Source: a candidate division WOR-3 bacterium (GTDB taxonomy: Bacteria; Hydrothermota; 32-111). From it: a stretch of 41,372 nt of DNA. Under the pieces are notes generated by a model. The model saw only the letters and a list, made by a program, of their open reading frames with translations. It was not told where the DNA came from and did not search any database. Positions 9,568 to 17,164 of the stretch are shown piece by piece. Numbering within the stretch: the first letter of the stretch is position 1; every line of letters starts with the position of its first letter. The stretch spans positions 1-41,372 of the forward strand of contig JAUVJU010000002.1 of NCBI GenBank assembly GCA_030592285.1, given 5' to 3'. The translations under genes were made by a program, and so were the position numbers.

Positions 9568-10363
9568 GAAGATAATTGTAATTATTTCTTTGATTATAAT
9601 ATTATCCTGTTCTCAGAACCAATCAATTGAACAATTAATTGAAAACGGGGAATACAAGATAGCCGCAAATCTACTTGAAGATGAAGTACAGAAAGGGAAT
9701 AAACGCAGTGATTATATAATGCTGATGATTGTTTATAATAATAAATTGGAAAGATATCCAGATGCATTAAATACTCTTAAAAAGTATAAAGATCAATTTC
9801 ATAATATTGATGATATCAGAGAATTAGCATCTATAATTTTGACAAATAATGCTGGAGAAATGTTTGTATCAGGGAATATGGATTCATGTCTAACACTTCT
9901 AATTGAATCATCTAAATTTAATAAGAATAATAAAAGAACATACAAATTATTAGCAAAATGTTATGCTAAAGTAGGGGTTCTTGACTCTGCTCAAATATTT
10001 ATAAGTAAGGCAATTGATTTGGATAATAATGATAAAGAATCACATTTAATTAATGGGAATATTCATTATTTGAATAATAATGGCGAAGAATCACAAAGGA
10101 GCTATTTGAGAGCAATTGAAATTGACTCAATGTATTATGAAGCATACATTAATTTAGGTACACTTTACTATAATACTGATAATTACAAATATGCACTTAG
10201 AATATTTAAAAAGGCAATAAATATTGATTCAATGGGGATTTTAGCATATGATTATATTATCAATATTTATTCAGATGCGGATTTACTTGATTCATCCTAT
10301 AAATATGCTAAACTCTTTGAGAATAAAAAGCAGGAATTTTTACTGGAGAATGAGGATAAATGA
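9554..10363 (+). CDS. TPR-repeat lipoprotein
   Basis: It has a signal peptide plus Cys (IILSC) and several TPR-like units (AKCYAKVGVLDSAQIFISKAIDLDNN; YEAYINLGTLYYNTDNYKYALRIFKKAINID). Confidence 0.7.
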   Translation: MLSYKKIIVIISLIIILSCSQNQSIEQLIENGEYKIAANLLEDEVQKGNKRSDYIMLMIVYNNKLERYPDALNTLKKYKDQFHNIDDIRELASIILTNNAGEMFVSGNMDSCLTLLIESSKFNKNNKRTYKLLAKCYAKVGVLDSAQIFISKAIDLDNNDKESHLINGNIHYLNNNGEESQRSYLRAIEIDSMYYEAYINLGTLYYNTDNYKYALRIFKKAINIDSMGILAYDYIINIYSDADLLDSSYKYAKLFENKKQEFLLENEDK

Positions 10364-11769
10364 TTATACCAATAGGCAATTCCGGAAATCTTAAAAGAGC
10401 ACCATTTATTACAATTATAATAATACTCATTAATATTATTGCATTTATTGCAGTTAATGGACGCATTAGTGAAGATAATAATAAAATTATGAATGCATAT
10501 TATGAGTATAGTGATGTTTTATTGGAATATTTAATGAATTATGAGGGCTATACATTTGCAGAATTACTTTCAGACCAGGAGCATTTCAAAAAGCAGATAG
10601 AAAATCCTGAAATAGATTCATTAAGCGTATATTATAAAGCAATCACAGATGCAAAGGCAAAATACGAAAATGCAATGAATGAACATGTATTTAATAGATT
10701 AGGTGTTTCCGGAAAAAATAAAGGTATTATTAATTTTTTAACAGCAATGTTTACTCATGCTAATATATTTCACCTTATTGGCAATTTGTGGTTCTTAATG
10801 CTGCTTGGTGCAAATGTAGAGGATACCTATGGGAGAATGAATTTTCTCATATTCTATATTCTCAGCGGCATTGTATCATCACTTATATTTATACTATCAC
10901 AGGGAGATCCAAATATCCCACTTATAGGTGCATCCGGTGCCATTGCAGGTGTTATGGGCGTTTTTATGGTAAGGCATTTCAAAACAAAGATAAAATTCTT
11001 CTATTTCTTTTTTCCATTTAGACCATTTTTCGGTACATTTAGAATTATTGCCGGTATAGTCCTTCCCCTATGGTTTGTTCAGCAAATAATGGATGCTTCT
11101 GGGCAGAGTGATTCAGGAATTGCATTTATGGCACATATTGGTGGTTTCATGTTTGGTGTTATAATTGCTGTTTTAATTAATTATTTTAAGATAGAAGAAA
11201 AATATATTGCTCCGCGCATTCAGGAATCATCAAATCTTATGGGATTCTCAGTTGAGGAACAGAAGGGATTAGATGCTTATTATGATAATAAATTCAAAGA
11301 GGCATCCTTAATACTTGAGGCACCATTTTTAAAGAAATATAATTATGAGAGTTTTATTCCTTTATTTGAATCATTAACAAAATGTGGTAATAATAGCAGG
11401 GCTGCTTTTATATCGGATCTATATTTAAGCAGAGTAATGAAAGATGGCGATAAAACTAATTTACAGAATATTTTCAGGGAAATGGAAACAAAGAAACTAA
11501 TTGAATATGCTGGTTCAAGTGCATTATTCAAAATGGCAAAGGAATTTTTAGCCTCAGGTTTACATGAAGATGCAAGATACCTATTTACAATTATTATTGA
11601 AAAGGAAAAATTTGGTATTTTGGGAGCTAAGGTGCTAATTTATATTATTAATAATGATATTGGTATTGAAAAAGAAAGGGAATTTTTTAATTCATATATG
11701 GAAAATGCGGATGATGAAACAAAAATCGTTTTAATGAATGCAAAAAGGGGTTATAATGAACAGGAGTGA
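10360..11769 (+). CDS. Rhomboid family intramembrane serine protease with long C-terminal soluble extension
   Basis: The ATGA start overlaps the upstream gene. Rhomboid motifs are HANIFHLIGN, the catalytic GASGAIAGVMG and AHIGGFMFG. About 190 aa of helical, TPR-like tail follows. Confidence 0.85.
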   Translation: MIIPIGNSGNLKRAPFITIIIILINIIAFIAVNGRISEDNNKIMNAYYEYSDVLLEYLMNYEGYTFAELLSDQEHFKKQIENPEIDSLSVYYKAITDAKAKYENAMNEHVFNRLGVSGKNKGIINFLTAMFTHANIFHLIGNLWFLMLLGANVEDTYGRMNFLIFYILSGIVSSLIFILSQGDPNIPLIGASGAIAGVMGVFMVRHFKTKIKFFYFFFPFRPFFGTFRIIAGIVLPLWFVQQIMDASGQSDSGIAFMAHIGGFMFGVIIAVLINYFKIEEKYIAPRIQESSNLMGFSVEEQKGLDAYYDNKFKEASLILEAPFLKKYNYESFIPLFESLTKCGNNSRAAFISDLYLSRVMKDGDKTNLQNIFREMETKKLIEYAGSSALFKMAKEFLASGLHEDARYLFTIIIEKEKFGILGAKVLIYIINNDIGIEKEREFFNSYMENADDETKIVLMNAKRGYNEQE

Positions 11770-12301
11770 AGCATTGGAAATGATACAAAATTCAGTAAAG
11801 AATAAGAACCTGATAAAACATATGCTTGCCTGTGAAGCATGTATGAGGAAAATGGCAGATATTTTTAATAAAGACAAAGATGATTGGGGAATAGCGGGAT
11901 TACTTCATGATCTAGATTATGATAGTACATTTGATAAACCGAAGAAGCATGGATATATTACTGTTGAATTATTAAAGGAAAAGGAAGTGAAACAGGAAAT
12001 ATTAGATGCCATACTTGCACACCCAGGTCATAAAGAAAGAGAAACATTGATTGAGAAAACATTATATGCTGTTGACCCTTTAACAGGTTTAATTGTTGCC
12101 GCTGTTTTAATGCATCCTGATAAGAAAATTGGCAGTGTTGATTTTGATTTTGTTAAAAGAAGATTCAATGAGAAACGCTTTGCTGCAGGTGCAGATAGAG
12201 AGCAAATAAGATCCATTGAGGATTCAGGTATAAATATTGATGATTTTATTTTACATTGCCTAAATGCAATGAGTGAAATTTCAAAGGATTTGGGTTTATG
12301 A
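11756..12301 (+). CDS. HD-domain (HDIG-type) metal-dependent phosphohydrolase
   Basis: It has LLHDLDY and AHPGH motifs. I prefer the ATG at 11756 (MNRSEALEM), preceded by AAAAGGGG, over the listed 11738 start. Confidence 0.75.
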   Translation: MNRSEALEMIQNSVKNKNLIKHMLACEACMRKMADIFNKDKDDWGIAGLLHDLDYDSTFDKPKKHGYITVELLKEKEVKQEILDAILAHPGHKERETLIEKTLYAVDPLTGLIVAAVLMHPDKKIGSVDFDFVKRRFNEKRFAAGADREQIRSIEDSGINIDDFILHCLNAMSEISKDLGL

Positions 12302-13242
12302 AAATTTTAATAACAGAAAAGCTACCTATTAATGTAGAAGAAAAATTAAAAAAATATAATATTGGTGTATTAATTCCCAGAAAGCATCCGGATAAGAATG
12401 AGATGATTAATATTGTGAAAGATATGGATGGCATTATATGTCTTTTAAAAGATAGTATTGTGAAAGAAGTTATTGATGCAGGAAATAAATTAAAGATCAT
12501 TGCTAATTATGCAGTTGGATTTGATAATATTGATATTAAGTATGCAAAAGAGAAGAATATATTTGTAACAAATACACCGGATGTATTAACTGAAGCAACA
12601 GCAGACCTTGTATTTGGACTTCTTTTATCATCTGCAAGACGCATTCCTGAAGCAAATGATTATGTGAGAAAAGATAGATTCAAGGGATGGAGACCTGATG
12701 AAATGCTTGGGTATGATGTTTACTCAAAAACATTGGGTATTTTCGGTTTTGGACGCATTGGGCAGGCAGTAGCAAGAAGAGCAAAGGGATTTAATATGCG
12801 TATTCTTTATACAGCAAGAAGTGAAAAAAATATGCCCTTTAAATGTGAATATGTGGATTATAATACATTGATCAAAGAATCTGATTATATTTCTGTAAAT
12901 GCACCACTTAATAAGGAAACAAAAGGTATATTCAATTACAATGCTTTTAAGCAAATGAAAGAGAATGCAATTTTTATAAATACTGCGAGAGGAAAAATTG
13001 TAAAAGAAAGTGACTTAGTAAAGGCATTAAAAGAAAATCTCATTGCAGGAGCAGCACTTGATGTATATGAAAATGAACCACTTATTGAAGAGGAGTTAAA
13101 AACAATGGATAATTGTATTCTTGCTCCTCATATGGGATCTGCAACAAAGGACACAAGAACTGAAATGGCAAATATTTGTGTAAATGCAATTATAGATGTA
13201 CTAATTAATAAAAAAGGACCAAAAACATGCGTAAATTGTTAA
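12298..13242 (+). CDS. D-isomer-specific 2-hydroxyacid dehydrogenase (glyoxylate/hydroxypyruvate reductase-like)
   Basis: The ATGA start overlaps the upstream gene. Motifs are the NAD-binding GIFGFGRIGQAVARRA, then INTARG, LDVYENEP and HMGSAT. Confidence 0.85.
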   Translation: MKILITEKLPINVEEKLKKYNIGVLIPRKHPDKNEMINIVKDMDGIICLLKDSIVKEVIDAGNKLKIIANYAVGFDNIDIKYAKEKNIFVTNTPDVLTEATADLVFGLLLSSARRIPEANDYVRKDRFKGWRPDEMLGYDVYSKTLGIFGFGRIGQAVARRAKGFNMRILYTARSEKNMPFKCEYVDYNTLIKESDYISVNAPLNKETKGIFNYNAFKQMKENAIFINTARGKIVKESDLVKALKENLIAGAALDVYENEPLIEEELKTMDNCILAPHMGSATKDTRTEMANICVNAIIDVLINKKGPKTCVNC

Positions 13243-13559
13243 TAGTATTAATTATTTTATCATTTATTACAATTAGTGGAAATGAAGCAATTTTTGTGAA
13301 TGATCCATTTTTTTCTCCTGATAAAATAGATCATTTTTTTACTGCAATGGCAATAGCAGCAGGCACTTCAGTATTAACAAGTATAATAATAAATGATAGT
13401 GATTCAAATTTAAAAATTGGAATTGATGTATCTGTACCGCTCACATTATCTATTATTAAAGAAATTTATGATGGCGTCTCTAAAACAGGCGAGGTTTCAT
13501 ATAAGGATTTAATATATGATTTTGTTGGACTTACTGCAGGAATTCTAATAGCGAGGTAA
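13227..13559 (+). CDS. Small membrane or lipoprotein-like protein, possibly YfiM/DUF2279-like
   Basis: It is 110 aa with a signal-like N-terminus. The PDKIDHFF and KEIYDG...SYKDLIYDFVGL pattern is reminiscent of DUF2279. This is a weak call. Confidence 0.4.
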   Translation: MRKLLIVLIILSFITISGNEAIFVNDPFFSPDKIDHFFTAMAIAAGTSVLTSIIINDSDSNLKIGIDVSVPLTLSIIKEIYDGVSKTGEVSYKDLIYDFVGLTAGILIAR

Positions 13560-14130
13560 TTATGTGTTTTTCTTTTCTGCTCCGTCACACAAGTAAACGG
13601 ATAAACTGCTGCGAATTGCAAGCATACAAAACGGTTAATCGCAGATGCTCATCCTCTTTCTTGTCTTCCTCCGCAGAAAATTGTCTTGTTCTGCGTCTTT
13701 CTCTTTGGAAAGGTGAGGACTGTTTACTCTGGGGAGCATAGATGCAACCCGATATTTCTTTCAGAGTTCCCCAGAGTAAATGTGTGAACCTTTTCATCAG
13801 AATTATATTATTCTTTTTCTTTTCTTTCTTTTTTTTCTGCTCCGTCACACAAGTAAAGGAGGTATATTCTGAGTAATTCGAGGAATATATTACGAATGAA
13901 TAATCTGAAAAATATGTTGGAATCTATCTTTATTGATTATGTTATCGCTCCCTCACACAAGCAAATAAATGAACTTGCTGCTCTGTGTATGCCGCAAACA
14001 GGACAAATGAGCAGATGCTCATTATATTGCTTGTCTTCGTCCGCTTTACCAATCCTACTCATGTCAAAACTTCTTTATCCGTTTAATAGATTTTTTATGT
14101 TTAATAGTGTAATGGTTTTTATGATTAAAA
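13560..14130. repeat. Mosaic repeat island I1 (modules X, Z, core hairpin, Y)
   Basis: The 25-nt direct repeat ttttctgctccgtcacacaagtaaa occurs at 13573-13597 and 13833-13857. The motif gcagatgctcat..cttgtcttc.tccgc occurs at 13641-13674 and 14011-14044. There are Y-type palindromes at 13863-13889 and 13897-13925. The same modules recur at 36220-36781 and 40850-41372. Confidence 0.85.
13703..13799. repeat. Core nested-hairpin element, copy A (candidate structured RNA)
   Basis: A perfect 13-bp stem pairs tttactctgggga (13723-13735) with tccccagagtaaa (13768-13780). It sits inside an outer stem of ggaaaggt (13707-13714) with accttttc (13788-13795). A T-rich tract follows on the + strand. A second copy lies at 40936-41031. 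Confidence 0.8.
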
Positions 14131-14142
14131 TAGGAGGTAATT

Positions 14143-14364
14143 ATGTTTGGAAAAAACAAGAAAAAAAAGGATTTTGAAAAAATAAACTTATCTTATCAAC
14201 AGATGTTTTATACAAATGCATTATCCATTGAAGCAATTGTGAATGTGCTTGAGAAAAAAGGTATTTTAAAAAAAGAAGATGTCTTGGCGGAAATTAAAAA
14301 ACTGGGAAAAGAAAGAAAACAGAAAATGGAGGCAATTGATGAAAACATCAAAAAGAGTGATTAA
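14143..14364 (+). CDS. Small Lys/Glu-rich hypothetical protein (73 aa)
   Basis: A strong AGGAGG RBS lies 6 nt upstream of the ATG. The ORF ends just before the aminotransferase start. I recognise no family. Confidence 0.5.
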   Translation: MFGKNKKKKDFEKINLSYQQMFYTNALSIEAIVNVLEKKGILKKEDVLAEIKKLGKERKQKMEAIDENIKKSD

Positions 14365-14365
14365 T

Positions 14366-15535
14366 ATGCAGGAATCACCCATAAGAAAACTTTTGCCATT
14401 TGCAGTAAATGCAAAAGAAAGAGGTATTCATGTTTATCATTTAAATATTGGTCAGCCAGATATTCACACTCCCAAAATTATGATTGACGCAATCAAGAAG
14501 TATAATGAAAAAGTATTAGCATATGGACCATCACAAGGATTAAAGGAATCAAGAGATACTATAAGGAATTATCTTAATAAATATAATTATAATGTAAGCA
14601 GTGAAGATATATTTATTACTACAGGTGGTAGTGAAGCAATAGTTTTTGCTATGATGGCGGTTTGTGATAATAGGGATGAGATTATAATACCCGAACCATT
14701 TTATACAAATTATAATGGTTTTGCTGCAATGGCAGATGTGAAGATTCGTCCTTTAACAACAAATGTTGAAAATGGATTTCACTTGCCATCTGATGAAGAA
14801 ATTGAAAAATTGATAAATGAAAGAACCAAAGCAATATTAATATGCTCTCCAAATAATCCAACAGGTACCGTTTTCACAAGAGAAGAAATTGAGCGGGTAA
14901 TTAAAATTGCTGAAAAACACGATCTATTTGTCTTATCCGATGAGGTTTACAGAGAATTTGTTTTTGATGGTAAAAAACATACATCAGTGTTGGAATTTGA
15001 ATATGCGAAAGAAAGGATTGTTGTGATGGATTCCATTTCAAAGAGATTCTCTGCATGTGGAGCAAGAATAGGTAATATTGTAACAAAGAATAAGGAACTT
15101 ATGAAAGGTATTCTGAAATTAGGACAGGCACGATTATGTCCTCCAACCCTTGAGCAGATAGGAATGATTGAGGGTTATAAATATATGAATGAGTTTATGG
15201 ATGATATGATAAAGGAATATGAAAATAGAAGAGATGTTGTATATGAAGAAGTTAAAGCCATTAAAGGTGTTTTTACTGAAAAACCGGAAGGAGCATTTTA
15301 TTGTATTCTAAAGCTTCCAATTGATGATGCTGATAAATTTGCAAAATGGATGCTTACTGATTTTGAAGTTGATTCAAAAACAGTAATGATCGCACCTGCT
15401 CAAGGCTTCTATGCTACAGAAGGAAAAGGCATTGATGAGGTGAGGATTGCCTATGTATTAAATACTACTGATCTTAAAGATGCAATAAATATATTAAAAA
15501 AAGGAATAGAAACATATAATAAGAGTAGTATGTAA
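14366..15535 (+). CDS. Class I/II PLP-dependent aminotransferase (aspartate aminotransferase-like)
   Basis: It starts MQESPIRKLL and carries NIGQPD and the PLP-lysine motif SKRFSACGARIG. I prefer the ATG at 14366. The listed 14279 start would overlap the small ORF and adds a low-complexity leader. Confidence 0.88.
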   Translation: MQESPIRKLLPFAVNAKERGIHVYHLNIGQPDIHTPKIMIDAIKKYNEKVLAYGPSQGLKESRDTIRNYLNKYNYNVSSEDIFITTGGSEAIVFAMMAVCDNRDEIIIPEPFYTNYNGFAAMADVKIRPLTTNVENGFHLPSDEEIEKLINERTKAILICSPNNPTGTVFTREEIERVIKIAEKHDLFVLSDEVYREFVFDGKKHTSVLEFEYAKERIVVMDSISKRFSACGARIGNIVTKNKELMKGILKLGQARLCPPTLEQIGMIEGYKYMNEFMDDMIKEYENRRDVVYEEVKAIKGVFTEKPEGAFYCILKLPIDDADKFAKWMLTDFEVDSKTVMIAPAQGFYATEGKGIDEVRIAYVLNTTDLKDAINILKKGIETYNKSSM

Positions 15536-15557
15536 TTTATTCACAAAGGAGTAAAAT

Positions 15558-16805
15558 ATGAAAAAGGAATGTTTGAAGAAAACCGATATTGAGATATTTA
15601 ATGCAATACAGAATGAAGAAGATAGACAGAAAGGGAAAATAGAACTTATTGCCAGCGAGAATTTTGTTTCTGATGCAGTGCTTGAAGCAATGGGATCTGT
15701 AATGACAAATAAATATGCAGAGGGCTATCCGAGAAAGAGATATTATGGCGGCTGTGAATTTGTTGATGATGCAGAGGAATTGGCAATTGAAAGAGCAAAG
15801 AAACTCTTTGGAGCAGAGCATGCTAATGTACAGCCACATAGTGGTTCACAGGCAAATATGACTGCATATTTTTCATTTCTTGATCCCGGCGATACATTTT
15901 TTGGTCTCAATCTTTCTCATGGCGGGCATCTTACTCATGGTCATAAAGTCAGTTTTTCCGGCTTTCTTTATAATGCTGTGCATTATGGAGTTGAAAAGGA
16001 AACAGAAGTTATTGATTATATGAAGTTAAAGGAATTAGCAAAAGAACATAAACCAAAAATGATCATAACAGGTGCATCTGCATATCCAAGAACATTGGAT
16101 TTTGGTAAATTCCGTGAAATATGCGACAGTATTGATGCAAAATTATTAGTAGATATTGCTCATATTGCAGGTCTTGTTGCAACGGGACTTCATCCATCAC
16201 CAATTCCATTTGCTGATGTTGTTACATCAACTACACATAAAACATTGAGAGGACCAAGAGGTGGATTAATTCTATCAAAGCAGGAATATGCGAAATTAGT
16301 TGATAAAAAATTATTTCCCGGTATTCAGGGTGGTCCATTAATGCATGTAATAGCAGCAAAGGCGGTTGCATTTAAAGAAGCAATGAAGCCGGAATTCAAA
16401 AAATATCAGGAGCAGGTTATCAAAAATGCAAAAGCATTATCAAATGCATTAACTGAAAAAGGATTCAGATTGGTATCAGGCGGCACAGATACACATCTTA
16501 TGCTTGTTGATTTAAGACCCAAGGGAGTTACGGGCAAAGTAGCCGAAAAAGCATTGGATAGGGCAGGTATTACTTGTAATAAGAATACTATTCCCTTTGA
16601 TCCTGAAAAACCATTTGTTGCATCAGGAATAAGATTGGGTACCCCTGCATTAACAACGCGTGGTATGAAAGAAAATGATATGAAAATTATTGCTGAGTTT
16701 ATAGATAGAGTAATTGTGAATATTGAAAACGAAGAAGAAATTGAAAAAGTAAAAAAAGATGTTGCCGAATTTACTGCAAGCTTCCCATTGGTCCGTGGAC
16801 AATAA
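15558..16805 (+). CDS. glyA: Serine hydroxymethyltransferase
   Basis: It has an AAGGAG RBS. Motifs are [23 protein letters not shown] and the PLP-lysine motif [12 protein letters not shown]. Confidence 0.95.
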   Translation: MKKECLKKTDIEIFNAIQNEEDRQKGKIELIASENFVSDAVLEAMGSVMTNKYAEGYPRKRYYGGCEFVDDAEELAIERAKKLFGAEHANVQPHSGSQANMTAYFSFLDPGDTFFGLNLSHGGHLTHGHKVSFSGFLYNAVHYGVEKETEVIDYMKLKELAKEHKPKMIITGASAYPRTLDFGKFREICDSIDAKLLVDIAHIAGLVATGLHPSPIPFADVVTSTTHKTLRGPRGGLILSKQEYAKLVDKKLFPGIQGGPLMHVIAAKAVAFKEAMKPEFKKYQEQVIKNAKALSNALTEKGFRLVSGGTDTHLMLVDLRPKGVTGKVAEKALDRAGITCNKNTIPFDPEKPFVASGIRLGTPALTTRGMKENDMKIIAEFIDRVIVNIENEEEIEKVKKDVAEFTASFPLVRGQ

Positions 16806-16836
16806 AGCTAAATATTTAACAAGTATTATTAAATAT

Positions 16837-17050
16837 TAGGGACGGTTGTTCAAATTTTATAAATATTAATAGATATAAAATTTTATAAATATATAAAAAT
16901 AACAATATTTAATGAAAAAGTGACGAATTTACTGTTAAATTATCCAAAAAACGGAAAAAATGTAAACTTTTTACCAATTATTAGCAATATTGATATGATT
17001 TTTAATTTTTTCTGAAATTAGAATTTATAAAATTTGAACAACCGTCCCTA
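16837..17050. repeat. MITE-like element: perfect 28-bp inverted repeats flanking a 158-nt AT-rich spacer
   Basis: tagggacggttgttcaaattttataaat (16837-16864) is the exact reverse complement of atttataaaatttgaacaaccgtcccta (17023-17050). The element sits right after the glyA stop. The arm core TAGGGACGGTTGT also forms the 3395-3431 hairpin. Confidence 0.85.
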
Positions 17051-17111
17051 TTCTTTACTTGTAAAGTATTATAAATACTATAATAAGTAAGTCAGAAAAA
17101 TATTTTTTTTG

Positions 17112-17140
17112 TTGACATTTTCAATTCTCATTCGTATAAT
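17112..17140 (+). promoter_or_regulatory. Consensus sigma70-type promoter, TTGACA-17 nt-TATAAT
   Basis: TTGACA lies at 17112-17117 and TATAAT at 17135-17140, with exact 17-nt spacing. It is about 25 nt upstream of the start codon of the low-complexity protein. Confidence 0.6.
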
Positions 17141-17164
17141 TTATAAAGAACAATGGAGGTCAAA

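Noticed and set aside
13585-14177. Listed ORFs 13585..13848 (-) and 13896..14177 (+)
   Set aside because: Both lie entirely within repeat island I1. The - strand ORF spans the core hairpin, and the + strand ORF spans Y and X modules. Neither has a convincing RBS, and the second overlaps the well-supported small ORF at 14143.
14279-14365. Upstream extension of the aminotransferase ORF (listed start 14279)
   Set aside because: The extension overlaps the small ORF 14143..14364 in another frame and adds a Lys/Arg/Trp-rich leader not found in aminotransferases. The conserved N-terminus MQESPIRKL begins at 14366.
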